A stretch of DNA of 64,000 nucleotides from Octopus vulgaris. Its lineage: Eukaryota. The notes beneath the pieces were generated by a model. That model saw only the letters and a program-made list of their open reading frames with translations. It ran no database searches and was not told where the DNA came from. Location: assembly GCA_951406725.2 (NCBI GenBank), contig OX597816.1, positions 156,302,001-156,366,000 of the forward strand, written 5' to 3'. Shown here piece after piece: positions 40,995 to 55,952 of the stretch (positions are counted from its first letter, which is position 1; each line of letters starts with the position of its first letter). The position numbers were made by a program, and so were the translations under genes.

Positions 40995-41480
40995 AGCGAC
41001 GTGGTTAAGAAGCTTGCTTTGCAATTATGAGGCTTCATGTTCAATCCTACTGCGTGACGACGGGAACTGGTGTCTTCTACTATACCTCCGCGCTGAGGAA
41101 TTTGGGAAGGCGGAAACTGTATTGAAGGTGGTTTCATATATGTATATGTGTACGTGTTTTTGTGTCTGTGCCTGTGCACCATTTTGCCTTGACAACCGGT
41201 GCTGGTTTGTTTATGTTACCGGAATGTAGCGATTAGGCAAAAGAGAAGAAGGAATAAGTACCAGTGCCAGACATCAAAATAAGAGCTGAGATCGATGCGT
41301 CCGACTAAATATCTCTAAGCTACATCCCTGTAACATAGTGGTTCGGCAAAGGAAACCGACAGAATAAGTACCAGGCTTAACAGAAAATTAAGTACTGGAA
41401 TTGATTCATTCGATTAAAACAAATTGCTGAAGGTTGTGCCCCAGCATGGCCACAGTCTAATGACTGAAACAGGTAAAATA
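40995..41480 (+). mobile_element. SINE family A, diverged, with duplicated tail
   Basis: cgtggttaagaagcttgc head; two ggcaaa.ga.a..gaataagtacca tail blocks; cagcatggccacagtctaatgactgaaac end. Confidence 0.75.
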
Positions 41481-41547
41481 AAATAAGATACATATGTATA
41501 TACATATGTATATATATATATACATATATATATACATATATATATAC

Positions 41548-41613
<66 letters not shown>

Positions 41614-42120
41614 GTGTGTGTGTATGTGTGTATACATACATATATATCCACACATACAGAGAGACTGACAGACAGATAGGTAGAAAAATAGATGGATAGA
41701 TATATAGATAGGTAGATATATATGTAGAAAGTTATAACTAGGGATATATATATATATATTTATGTATAAATATATAAGTATATAAATATATAAATATATA
41801 AGTATATAAATATATAAGAATATTATTGATCACGATACACCACAAACGCACACATACACACATATAACGTTGCTATTATGTGAAAATTTGTATGTCGTAT
41901 GTCCAACTTTGACCAAAAGCGTTTTCTTTTCAATATTTATTTTTGCTTGCAATACACGGTTCTTTACGTCAAACTATCGTATCTCAAGCTGCTTTAGATG
42001 TGAAGATATCAAAAACTGTCAAAGTCAAGTACAACGGTTTTGCTATGGAATTCTGAAACTATCTTTTCTTTTTCTGAAAACTCAACGTTTTGGACTTGCG
42101 ACACTTTTGCATAATAACAA

Positions 42121-42176
<56 letters not shown>

Positions 42177-42189
42177 TGAGATACACTTC

Positions 42190-42513
42190 GGTCATAACTG
42201 ACCTTGGGATTGCACCTAGAAAGTTACCCTCTCAGGTACAACTCAGGGCAATATTGTTTATGGAAGACCAGCAGTCGTTCATGCATACCGGCCTCCCCTC
42301 TCCACGACACCAGTGTTATCCAAGGGAGAGGCAAAGGCCGATACAACTTGGCACCTGTGACGTCGCAACTCATTTCTACAGGTGAGTAAACTGGAGCAAC
42401 GTGAAATGAAATGTTTTTCTCAAGAACACAACACGCAGCCCGGTTCGTGATTCGAACTCACAACATCACGATCGTAGGCTCGACGCTCTAGCAACTGACC
42501 CATGCGACTTCAC
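42190..42513 (-). mobile_element. tRNA-derived CORE-SINE, family C
   Basis: Minus strand gtgagttcgaatcac B box and CORE-like gtgttcttgagaaaaacatttcatttcacgttgctccagtttactcacctgtagaaatgag; decayed relatives at about 2605-2735, 44720-44870 and 56670-56800. Confidence 0.8.
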
Positions 42514-42553
42514 TATATGTGTGGGGGGGGGCGTGCGTATGCGTGTGTGTGTG

Positions 42554-42589
<36 letters not shown>

Positions 42590-43516
42590 ATGTATACGTG
42601 TCAAACAAACAAAAGAAGTGAATTCAACACACATATTGGGAGTTACATGTATGTATCAAAAAATTTTGATCCATATTTATACATACGTACATATATATAT
42701 ATATATATATATATGTATATTGTTTAACACTCATACACACACACACTATCTATATATCATTGCTAGCCTTACAATATAAAAGAGAAAAATAACATTAATA
42801 TATTCTAATGAACACATCGACGCTGAACTTGTTATGTAAAATATGAAATATTTAAAATGAAATGCTATGTTTACGCTCTGAAAGTTAATAGAATGGTTAT
42901 TTTCTTAGTGCAAGCTGTTCTTGTACTTTTTGCTAGAAGAAAATTTATCAAAACTCTTGTACAATTTGTAGATAATTATAAATTTTCAGAAATTAAGCAA
43001 GGAAAATATTTGTATATAATTTATTCTTTATTTGAAAATTTCCCTATTTTGTTTTAATTTTAACATAATAATTGTATGTGTGAAGTACAAACACGTGAGA
43101 GTATACACATACACATACACAGACAGATCTATATATATATGTGTGTGTATAAATAGATTATATAGGTATTTATATACATATGTGTATGTTTGTATATATA
43201 TATATATAAATATATATATGTATATATAAATATATGTTTGTATGCATGTTTGTTGTGCACATATATGTGTGTGTATGTATATATATATATATTATATACA
43301 ATATATACGTATGTATATATGTATATATATGTATGTATGCATGTATATATATATATATGTATATGTATATGATATATGGTATATGAACTGGAAATGATTG
43401 GAAGAAATTCAAACATACCATCGACATAACGTGCATCCACGTACGTGAACACATATGCATACATATTCAGAGTCAACTAACTCATATATATATATGTGTG
43501 TGTGTGTGTGTTTGTT

Positions 43517-43568
<52 letters not shown>

Positions 43569-43585
43569 TATGTGTGTGTGTTTGT

Positions 43586-43628
<43 letters not shown>

Positions 43629-44226
43629 TATATATTTATATACTTATGTTTGTGTGTGTGCTTGTGTGTAGTGTGTGTGTTTGCATGTAGCATGTCTGTG
43701 TGTATGTGTGTGTGGCAAGAAAGAGATAGATAGAGCTAGAAAGAGAGAGATAGAGAATATTATTGATCACGATAATCTTGATTATACAAATAAACATAAA
43801 CATATTTAGGAACGAGGCCTTCATATCTTCCAATAGCTAAGTACTTAGCATAAGAATAAAAAGTGGCCACTAGTTATGTTTTCTTGCACTAATTGGCTCG
43901 CTGTCAAGAGCTATTAGTGAAATAAGGCATACAGAAAAAAGGACAGTAACAGTAGATGACTTCAGAAAACAAAAAACAACAGACGTCATTTGTAAGGACA
44001 TATGCTTACTTCTTTTCCGTGGTAGGAAAGAAATTCCTCTAAACATGGTCTGAATGTTTTAATTTGAGGATCGGAGAGAACATTCGCAAAAACAGTTGCG
44101 TGATATTTACTTAAGACGAAGCACTGTATTGCATATATTTATATAATTTGTCTTCAATGCTATATACTTTAATTACCTATTCGTAAACTTTCTTTCAATC
44201 TCTCAGTCTCTCCCTCTCCCTCTTTC

Positions 44227-44280
<54 letters not shown>

Positions 44281-44331
44281 ACGCATGCACACATTTTCTT
44301 TCACCGACTCTTGCGGTATTACTACACATAT

Positions 44332-44570
44332 AAGGCGGCGAGTTGGCAGAAACGTTAGCACATCCGGGCGAAATGCGTAGCCGTATTTCGTCTGCCGTTA
44401 CGTTCTGAGTTCAAATTCCGCCGAGGTCAACTTTATCTTTCACCCTTTCGGGGGTCGAAAAATTAAGTACCAGTTACGCACTGGGGTCGTTGTAATCGAC
44501 TCAGTCCGTTTGTCTGTCCTTGTTTGTCCTCTCTGTGTTTAGCCACTTGTGGGTAGTAAAGAAATAGGTA
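44332..44570 (+). mobile_element. SINE family B, full length (alternative tail)
   Basis: aaggcggcgagttggcagaaacgttagc...gagttcaaattccgccgaggtc...; tail ccgtttgtctgtccttg...gtgggtagtaaagaaatagg shared with 29200-29270. Confidence 0.9.
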
Positions 44571-44876
44571 TTACTATACACATACATGAACTTATAACAC
44601 TGTTTATTCATAAGTTTATTCATAAGCGTGTATTCAACTTTCGTGTATGTCTGTATGTATGTATCCATCCCTCTGTATCTATCTTGATATGTATATGTTT
44701 GTATCCATGTAGATATATAACAGGCTTGGTTGTTAAGGTGTTCCGTTTATGATCAGAAGTTTGCGGTTTCGATTTCTGGACCAGGTGATGCATTGTGCTC
44801 TTGAACAAAGCACGTTGCGGTAGGCCAATCAACTGGCAAAAATAGGTAATACTGCGACGGCCCGGAATAACCTTTG

Positions 44877-44929
<53 letters not shown>

Positions 44930-45104
44930 TTTCACTTGTTTCAGTCATTTGACTGCGGCCATGAAAATCGATCCCAGGACTTATTCTTTGTAAGCCTAGT
45001 ACTTATTCTATCGGTCTCTTTTCCGGAGCCGCTAAGTTATGGGGACATAAACGCACCAGCATCAGTTGTCAAGCGATGTTGGGAGGACAAACACAGACAC
45101 ACAA

Positions 45105-45167
<63 letters not shown>

Positions 45168-45172
45168 CATAT

Positions 45173-45224
<52 letters not shown>

Positions 45225-45431
45225 GACGGGCTTCTTTTAGTTCCAGTCTACCAAATCCACTCGCAAGGATTTGGTCGGGCCGAGGCTATAGCGGAGAACA
45301 CTTGCCCAAGTTGCCACGCAGTGCGACTGAACCCAGATCCATGTGATTGGGAAGTAAGCTTCTTAACACACAGCCACTCCTGCGCCTTCACGCAGCCACG
45401 ACTGCGCCTCTACACAGCCATGCCTGCGCCT
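44930..45431 (-). mobile_element. SINE family A, near full length, triplicated 5' end
   Basis: Collinear with 3335-3692; three aggcgcagg.gtggctgtgt copies at 45368-45431. Confidence 0.85.
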
Positions 45432-45619
45432 ATATATATGTCGATATCTCTGCTTACTCAACTTTTTCAGACGTCTGACGAAGCCAAGCAAATGGAAACT
45501 TCAATTTCTCTGTAATTATCCATCTATAATTCACCTCGGCGTCCAGTCAGAAGCCAGTACAATATTCGAAGCATTAAGTATAAAATGCAAATGGTAAATA
45601 GAATCAATATTGCTTTTAA

Positions 45620-45808
45620 ATTTGGGTTCAGGACCAGAGGTTTTGTTGAAGGGCTTAAGTCGATTACATCGATCCCAGTGCTTTTATCACTTGAAAGGGA
45701 TAAAAGCCTAAATCGACCTTGGCGGAATTTGATCTCAGAACGTGCAGGCGGGTGAAATACTGCTAAGTTTTTTGTCGGCGTGCTAACGATTCTGCCAGCT
45801 CAACCCCT
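45620..45808 (-). mobile_element. SINE family B, diverged
   Basis: Minus strand gagctggcagaatcgttagcacgccg...gttctgagatcaaattccgccaaggtcgat. Confidence 0.75.
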
Positions 45809-48320
45809 TATTGAATAGAATCAATATGAATGTGACAAGACTATGTTAGATTATTGAAAATTGTACGATTCTGAATGCGTCTTACAGAATGTTGGAAATC
45901 GAACGACTAACTTTAAATTGCACTTTCGAGTGTTCATATCTCTATACACGTTCTAGTGACATTGCAATATATCAATATAATCGATGATATGCGATTCGCC
46001 CTGGTGTACACTGAAGAAATATTTACACTGTGTCTATAAAAGTAAATATAATTAATAGCTAATTAACGGACAGAGTCACAATCGATTGAAAGGGTTGCAA
46101 AGCAACGAAAATTTTCGAAGAAAAAATATAAATAATAAATGAATGGTAATCGGACCAGTGAGTGTGTTGGGTAATAAGGCATTAAGACCATATGGTTCTC
46201 CCCGGACATAATAAAATGGGAAGAATCACAAAAAAATTATTGAAGGACTTTGCTGGAAGCGTAATAATCTTATGTTTGTGAGGTTTTGTAATCCTTTCTA
46301 TTATGGAATAATAGAGGAGTATTAACATTTGTATTGGCGCCAATGATGTGAGTATTACTATAAAGTACTATAAGTCCGAAACTTGAACTTGGCCCGTAGT
46401 ATGGTCACTGCGACAGGCTGTGCAAGGTGAAACACGTAAATTGGAAACGTCTCGCACATCAGATTTTCAAGTCAGGATAATGTCAATTTTGTGACCGAGC
46501 TTTGATCCTGGATGTGCTCATGTGGTTTTATGTTTAATTTTTGCCTAACAAAGTGCTACAAAAGTTCACATTTAGTTCAGAGTAAAGTTGAGGTAAGTAC
46601 ATTCCATTACTATTCAATGGCACAGTGGCCAAGTGAACTCCGAATTTCAAATTGTTTACCAACACAAACATTAACTTATTGTCCTCACTGAACAATAGGT
46701 TTGTCATGTGTAGGTGTTGCAAAAATGATATCTCTGAGTGACTCAAAACGATAAGATTATATCCTAGTTTGCCTGAAGAGTTGGCAGACAAAGCGACAAC
46801 ATGCTACACACACACACAACACGCTCGCACAAACACATGCACATACATACACATATACAAATACATACATTCCTTTATTGTGTATATGTATCGATACACG
46901 CAAACACATATGTATATGTACATCTGTGGGTACACACAACACGCACACTCACACACACACAAATATGTGTATATATATATGAGTAAATGTATGTAAATAT
47001 ATAATATATGTATTTAGTGGTTGGATAAAACTATTGAACAGAACAGAATGAGATGTGCTAGTAAGATAATGCAGTAATGTTATGTTAGCGTGCGCTAAGA
47101 TAGTATATCTAAAAGTGTATCGTAATTTGTTTTTGTCTATTCACCGAACAAACAGAACTTAAAGGAAATAGTTTTGCTTCGTTTATGCAGTATTGCATCG
47201 ACAAAACCTTCCACATCAATCTAACACATTGATGGTTATTTTAAACTACTTGAACACGTCTGTATTGATCGTTATCTTACTACTTTGTAATAATCTATGA
47301 TATGGTTCTCATGCAGAAGCTGATATTTGCACGATTCTTGTAACGATGTTCCTGCTCAAGGTGTTAAAACTGTTAATAGAGGTGAAGTGATAGAGAATAT
47401 TGTTTTTATTCCCCCTTTTTACAGTGTTGTTTCTTTCCTTGTTGTTGTTGTTGTTGTTCATGATGTTTATTTGATGTTTTAATGATGTAATAAGGTTTCT
47501 AATTAACCTTTCAGATTCAATCAAAATTTTTCATCTCACATAATTTGAACAGGACAGAATTAGGAATCATTAAATTATGGTTTCGTACGCAGATATTAGG
47601 CCATTAAGGCGGCCAATTAGTGGAAACGTTACACCCACGAATAGATTGGTTTAAAGTAATAGGCTCTGAGTTCAAATACCACCGAAGTAATCTTTGCCAT
47701 CATTGGAGTCGTCTTTCCTATTTCTCTCACTCTTTTTGCATGACTGCCTCCTTTTCTACAAGAACTCAACGGCTACGTCAGCTTATACACGTCATATGTC
47801 AGGACGGCAAAGCATTAGCCCACTAGCGTTTGGGATAAGACATATATTCGCCTACAACTATGTGTAGTTACTTTAACTGAACTGTGTTGAATCGAAATCA
47901 GAACGATGTAGTGAAAATATCGGTTTCATTTAACTTCGAATGTGAAGAGAAATTACGAAACACCATTAAGTGTCCCTTTTGATGCTCCGCCGATTCTCTC
48001 AAAACAACACAGATAACTGTTAAAAGGATAAAGACATATAACGATGGTTTGCAAAGCTTCGAACAATATCCTTTCACTTGGACCCCCAAAATAAAACACA
48101 TGGCACTTAAGATAAGTACATACAAATTGCATACATGCAAACCATTTCTTCATATACAAGAAAATACGTACAAGAAAATGATAGTTGTCATTCACAAGCG
48201 GACTCAAATCGAACACCTGTGCTTACACAAATAAGCGTAATACACATATATACATAAGTGTATGCGTATATATATATATGCATATATATGTGTGTGTATG
48301 TATACCTACACACACAGATA

Positions 48321-48397
<77 letters not shown>

Positions 48398-48422
48398 TTA
48401 TGTGAATATGCATATATTATAT

Positions 48423-48471
<49 letters not shown>

Positions 48472-48916
48472 GTATGGAATGCATATGAATGTGAGTGAAA
48501 GAATGTGCGTGCGTCCCTATTTAAAGCAAGTTTCGTTCCAAGTTTTAGTGGGTACCGCAAGATTTCCTTTGAGGCACATAGGTTTTCAGACTGCCTGATC
48601 CAACATTAAGAAACTTATATCTAAGGGTGTTTTATTTTCATGGTTTCTTTATCAAATACATTTTTAAATGCGTTTCACTATTTTCCCTGCAGTACTTTTC
48701 TGAACATCAAATTATTATTAACTATATTTTTTCCACTGCTATCATATATCAAAATAAGAAAAGTACTCCAGTTATGAGCTTGAAGCATTCCTCTCGGCTA
48801 ATAAGTGAGCTAATCATGATTTAATTTGGTAAGCTATATTCTCATGAAAATGTAATGTAATCTGCGTTGTCTCCCAATATACGCACATTGAGCTCGTTCA
48901 AATTTATAAAATCACC

Positions 48917-48947
<31 letters not shown>

Positions 48948-49119
48948 CACATATATAAATATAAATGTATATATAAATAGATAAATAGATATATATAGAT
49001 ATATATATGCATACATATATATACATACCTATATATAATATAAATAATATAGAAATATATGCATATATACATACATATTACTTTTTTACTGTTTTTAATT
49101 TTTTATTATATTTACTGTA

Positions 49120-49345
49120 TTGTTTTCACTGTCCTGTTCTGTTACCACTTTCAACCTCCGCAAAAAATCCCAAATGTTATTTAATTTGCTTTGCGGGAAG
49201 GACTGTTTCAACGAAGTTGCGTCTTGTTCTTGCTTTCGAAACATGGAGTAGTTGAAACAGGGACAACTGAAGAAGAGGAATATTCTTTGTGTTGTATGTC
49301 TCTTTTCTCTGCTTTTTTTTTCGCTGTTGTCTTCAAAACAAAACT
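49120..49345 (+). mobile_element. Repeat fragment (PLE-like?) with structured RNA motif at 49196-49303
   Basis: Perfect 10-bp pairing ctgtttcaac/gttgaaacag, CGAAAC..GTA and CTGAAGAAG words, T-rich 3' end. Confidence 0.45.
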
Positions 49346-50810
49346 GGATCTCCTCCTGTCAAAGATTCCAGATGACCCAACCTCATGCCAGGAAACATAG
49401 ATGAGGGCAACAGCGTCAGATTCCCTCATTCACCAAATGCCATATATGAGAGGAAGTTTTAAAAGATGGCGTGGCACAGCCAACAGTGGTGCCCCAGCAT
49501 GACCGCAGCTTTAAAAGTGAGACAACGGAAAGAAAAATGAAAGAAAATATGTGTGCATGTGTATACATACATACATATTGCAGACATAGATAGATGCATA
49601 CAAATATATATCGTTGGTGGGTGTCAAATATTTACGAGACAATGTAACGTCGCAGATAAAATGGAACAAAGTGAGATAATTAGTTTTGCAGTCAATGATA
49701 AATGAAGAAATTGCAAGTAATTTGACATTTTGAGGTTAAACTCCTTTTCAGAAATGTTTTTAGTTGGAGGAAGAAACAATTAAGAGAGAAGGAAAAACGA
49801 CGTAACAACAGTAACGAAAAATTAGGTATCGCTCTGTGTCAAGCGATGAACGTTTGTATCACATTATGTGTATAGGAACATGCGTGTGAGTGGAGCAAAT
49901 AACTGAAACAAAATATTAAAACTAAAGCAAGATAAATAGTAAGTAGTCTCTTGTGGCTAGTATTTATTTAGACTAATACTTTTAACAAACATTAAAACAT
50001 TTTCCTGTTATATAAGAACTGTTAATCAAATATTACAAACAAGAGAATTGCAGATCAAAGGAACTAACAACTTTCAAAGAATAAAACTTAAAAGAAAATT
50101 AAATAGAATGAAAATATGAGTTGCAGTCTGCTTAGATGATATAGAGGTTAATGGCGTTGTATCGTCTTATATGTAGTTTTTTAGGAACTCGCACAGAAAA
50201 GATAGTTTTGTGGTTCATCGTCATTTTGTTCATAACAAATGAGAGTCTTAAGTATATGTCAAAAATTTTACCGTGTAGTATTATCTATAATTGTACTTGC
50301 AGAGGTACCCACATTAAATACGACATTCAAATTAGAATAAAAGCAGGCCTTTCTTTCTAATCAAATACTTAGCGAACAAGACGTAATAAGACATGTTTTA
50401 GAGCCATATAACCTTATCTTTGGTTGCTTTTACCGAATTTAACTAATATCATTAATGGTATCATTATCAATAGATTTATAAAAAAAAAAATTAGCTATTA
50501 GATCTAAGGTACTTTGAGTAACCCCTAACTGCTTTTAGCGTATTAGCAACGTGATACATCTTGACATTAATTTCTGGAGGATTAGCAACGAAGTTTAAGT
50601 GATAGCACAATGCAAGAATAAAATGCAAGCTCAAAAATTGAAGCAAAAGCGAAATATGGGTAGAAGTGATACGCTGCCTGAAAATGGACTCAGACTTATT
50701 TGTTACGGAATACATATATATGTTCATATGCATACACATATATATTAGTATTATTACATAGATGTATACACACACACACAGACACGTACACACATGTATA
50801 TACGTAAGTA

Positions 50811-50899
<89 letters not shown>

Positions 50900-52969
50900 A
50901 TACATGTGTGTATATGCATGTAACCATACACGTACACATAAAAACGTGTATATGCGATAAATACTCATATATGAAATGTACCGAGCAGAACAAAGACGTC
51001 CATTAACTGTAGTCAACCCTGCTGTTTGCACTTGGATAAGTGCTCAAACGAAAATCTAAATGATTGCGAAGGTAGATAACTCCAATGATATCAATTACAA
51101 TAAATTTTCGGAAACAAGGACTATGTAGTCAGACATAGTTGTTGCCTCATGAGCAATCGGTGAAAGTAATAATTATGACTTCATCTTGTTAACCTCCTCT
51201 GAGTTGCATATACCTCATCTAAAAGAGCTTCATTTAGAGTAATTCCATTTCGATACAGAAAAATATTTATTTGATTCCATTAAGGCAGCTGATAAATTTC
51301 ACAAACTTCGGAAGAATAGCAGTTTGTAGTGACAGTAAAATACATTTCTCGATCTCTTTAATATTGGAAAATCAATTCGATTCGAAAAGTATAGGGGCTC
51401 GGAATGTTAGACCAACATTAGTAAATACGGTATGACGATTTTGTCATACTTGCTATTGAATAGTAGAACTGAATTATTTACAATAAGGATTAATTAGACA
51501 CAAGGCAAGAAATTTAGGAGTAGGACAAACTGCACTTATCTAATCGAGTTCTTGGCACACACTGTAATTCATTGATCATAAGATAATGGAAGCAAATTGG
51601 TTTCAAAACGATTTCAGCTAAATATCGCATAACACTATAGGCCATTCGGCTGAATCTCCAGTCCATCCCTATTCAGTTATGTACAATACTGAAGGAGTAT
51701 ATCAGAGAACATTTATGGAAGTTTTTCCTGGATTTTGTCCAAAGCAAAGTTTGGGGCCAGTATAGCACAGAAGACTACAAAGAAAGGAAACGAAATGCCT
51801 AAAAATTCAAAAAATATAGATTGAATTAACAGAAATCTTAAAGGAGAGTATATCACAAACCGGAAGAAAACAAAACGACGATAGAGAGTTCCAGGAAAGA
51901 GGTTATTAGAGTAAAAGGACTTATGACTAACTGGAAGCTCAACAGGAAAACGTACACATGAAAAGAGAAGCGGGTGACACATTAAAAGGCCTCGATAGGG
52001 GACACTACACTAGAAAGTTTATCAGAGCAATGACCGTAGAAATATTTATAGAATATATGCTACAAATATACATTACGATCATGAACCAACAACCCCAACC
52101 TAGTAGAAAAAGGAGGAGTTCCATGTGGACAACTCAATTCTGACTTCGATCAAGCAAACTGAAATACTCAGCAGAAAACACCAGCTCAAAGATGACAGCA
52201 ATATGCAATACAAGGCCGACTGGTGCCCCTATAGAGTTACAAGATGCTCTATGGCGCAAGAAATTTGCCACCAAATACCGCAGAACCAAATTAAGAAAGG
52301 AGACGATACTTTAGATAATGTAGCCATGGAGACACAATGTCTGAAAAGAAAGACGCGATGGTCACGGTTGTAATGTTTCACATCATAGCCATGATCGATC
52401 GTTCGCTGCTGATCGTTTGCTAAACGACATAGATTAATGAAACCAATTATACGGCAGTTAGCGTTCATTATTTCAATTTGTATAGTTTTAATTCTTTTCT
52501 TTACTTCGATTTCTTTATTGATTGATAAAATATTGGTGGAATTGGAAAAATGTCTAAACCACTTGGTTACCTGAAAATCTGATACGTTCGTTCCAGTAGA
52601 TCTTAGAAACATTGTAAACAGTTTCTATTGGAATACATAATCAAGTAAACAGCACTTTGTTCTATTAATAGCTGTACTGTCTCCTCCAGTGTTAACCCTC
52701 GTAAACACCGACGTTCTGAGTCATTAGTTTTTTCTGATTTAATTTGCTGATGTTACCGATGATGGTTACATATTATATTACATAAAACATACAAAGCATC
52801 TTTTACACACAGGCCATCTCCACTCTCACACTTTCTCTTCCAATATCTATCTGTATGTATGTATGTATGTATGTATGTATGTATGTATGTATGTATGTAT
52901 GTATGTCTATCTGACTGTCTGTATATCTATCTTACTGTCTGTATGTCTGTATGTCTGTCTGTCTTTCTG

Positions 52970-53056
<87 letters not shown>

Positions 53057-53150
53057 GTCTATCTAGACAGACATACAGACAGACAGCCGACAGACAGACA
53101 GACAGATAGATAGATTCAGATAGATAGATAGATAGATAGACAGACAGATG

Positions 53151-53226
<76 letters not shown>

Positions 53227-53798
53227 CAGTGCTAATAATATTTTCATGACTTAAAAACAAAGATTTCTTAGGTTTTAGCAACTCATGGCAGTTGTCTGCA
53301 ATACACATAGGTATTATGAATATGCACACTCTCAAACCGGAACACAGTGCACATATATCTGTTAGTTTTATGTTGGATGCGTTTAGGTGCAGTGGCTAAA
53401 CACAACGTTAACTCTATTACATGTGTAAGACTTTCGAAAGTGGTGACAGATAACAATAATAGAGCTGTGTTTTCTATTGCAAATACTGCAACACACATAT
53501 GCATATATATATATATATATTATTTATGGATACGTAGGTGGGTGTGAATAAATATGACTGATGAGAGATTAGCTCAGACTATCATTTTCACATCTGACCG
53601 CTTTCAGCAATGATTATCAAAGTTCTGTTTGTTTGGAAACTTTGACTTACCAAGGTTATAAGACGGCCTCAGATTTATTCAAGTCAAACTATTAAAATAT
53701 CTAAATATATATATATTTACACAAGCACGTAGACACAAGCTCTCATAGACATGAAACAAAGAGTGAGACCAATGTAGATATATGTCAGGCTATTTAAG

Positions 53799-53850
<52 letters not shown>

Positions 53851-54293
53851 GATGATCAATCTTAATATGTATGCTATTTTATATGTGTATATACCTGTAT
53901 ATTTATACATTTATACAAACATATTTATATATTTATACAACATATATATGTATAGACACATGCATATTTATATGAGTATGTGTGTATATGTAGCAGTATT
54001 AGTAATAGGATTAGTAGTAGTAGTTGTAGTTGTAGTAGTAGTAGAGCTAAAATCTCAAGCAATGTCAAAATGTCTCCCCTTGTAACATTTAATTACACAT
54101 GAAATATCATATAATCATTCTAAATATTTATATATGCATATATCTTGATTAATAAATCATGTGACAGTTTAAACGTCATTACCACCAACATTACTGCCAA
54201 TCTCATTATCATATTCATCATCATCAGCATCATCATCATCACCATAATCATGTTTGTTGTGGTCAATATCATGACCACTATCATATTTATTAT

Positions 54294-54337
<44 letters not shown>

Positions 54338-55448
54338 GCGCACGAGCGCACACACACATGCATACACACGCATACACACACATACACGCACACAATTATA
54401 TTTGTATGTATGTACGTACTAATGTATTTATGCCTTCATTGCAACTTCTTTGCTGATCTGCTCCACATGAATACAGATTGAGTAGACTGGTGACATTCAA
54501 AGGCTTTCCAACCATGATCATTACGACTTTTACTATATCTTAATACTAGATACGGTAAAATTGATGGTTTTTTAATATTTATTTAAAACAGTGTAACGTA
54601 ATATAAGAGATATTTAGCTACTATTTCTAACAGAACTAGTGACTTCATTGGGACCCCATGGTTTAAATTACAAGCACTTTTGATAAACGTGAAATAAACT
54701 TCAAAGCATTAAGATCTATACATGCTTTTTTAAAGCTTTTTAATGAAGAGGGAAAGGTGTACCCATGTCCATTTACAAGGGTTCTAAAACTTGTGGAAAG
54801 GTGCTAGAAAGGTATCCCTAAACTGGAGGTGTAGTCCAAGTGCTTGCAAAAAGATCGGGCTTTATTAAAGGCAATCAATGTGACATGTGGTGATGTTAAA
54901 CTTTGCGAAAGTATGTTTTCCATGCAAATAAACCGTGGCGAGATTTGAACTCAGAAAGCAAATAAACTAGAATAAATGCTGTAAGGTCTTTATTCCGATA
55001 TTCTTATAACTCGTCTTAATTACTGGTGCATTTGTTTTTTTATCGACCCTACATGGGGTCGATAAAAAGCAAATTGCCTTTGTCAAGGTTTGATATCAAT
55101 GTGTAGGAAATCATAACGAATACCTCGCAAAACTCTATCCAAAACTCTAACGTCTCTGCCAATTCAATGCCTTTTTAGGTTGTCATTTTTGTTGTTTTTT
55201 ATTGTTTTTGATCTTGTCGGATATAATGTTTCGGCTGAACATAAAACGTACAACAATCATTTACGGAGGTCAGCTTCGTTACAATTTTTTACTCCCTTCC
55301 CCGTTCTTATACAATGGCTTCATGCCACCATTTCTGAAGAGGGAAGAGAGAAAAATTGTAGTGAAGTTCCCGTTTAGTATACTGATTTATACTAGCATAT
55401 TGCTATATACATGTGTGTGTCTGTGTATGTGGGCATATATATAACATT

Positions 55449-55515
<67 letters not shown>

Positions 55516-55649
55516 ATTTCTTTGACAAGAAGGCCTGAGAGAAGGGGAAAAAAGGTTTCGGTTTTATGACGAAAAAGGAGGGATGTAAAACGACAGGAAG
55601 GAAAATAGTTATAACCACAATAGTAGGGACAGTAGCAGCAGCAGCGGCA

Positions 55650-55679
55650 GTAGTAGTAGTAGTAGTAGTAGTAGTAGTT

Positions 55680-55725
<46 letters not shown>

Positions 55726-55726
55726 C

Positions 55727-55774
<48 letters not shown>

Positions 55775-55952
55775 TGTTGTTGTAAAGTGTGTGAAGGCAA
55801 TGATAATATTGGACACAGAGAATAGTAGAGCGAGAGGGAGGAAAATGAAGAAGAAGAAGAAGAAGAAGAAGAAGAAGAAGAAGAAGAAGAAGAAGAAGAA
55901 GAAGAAGAAGAAGAAGAAGAAGAAGAAGAAGAAGAAGAAGAAGAAGAAGAAG
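55650..55952. repeat. (TAG)n and (AAG)n triplet tracts
   Basis: Direct sequence: (TAG)n 55650-55772, (AAG)n about 55847-55952. Confidence 0.95.

Noticed and set aside
45475-45502. CTGACGAAG-cca..tg-GAAAC hammerhead relic
   Set aside because: Stem II and GAAA compete for the same G and stem I is absent; too degenerate to call.
51720-52373. Purine-rich block possibly from a LINE ORF1
   Set aside because: Broken ORFs with no diagnostic motif.
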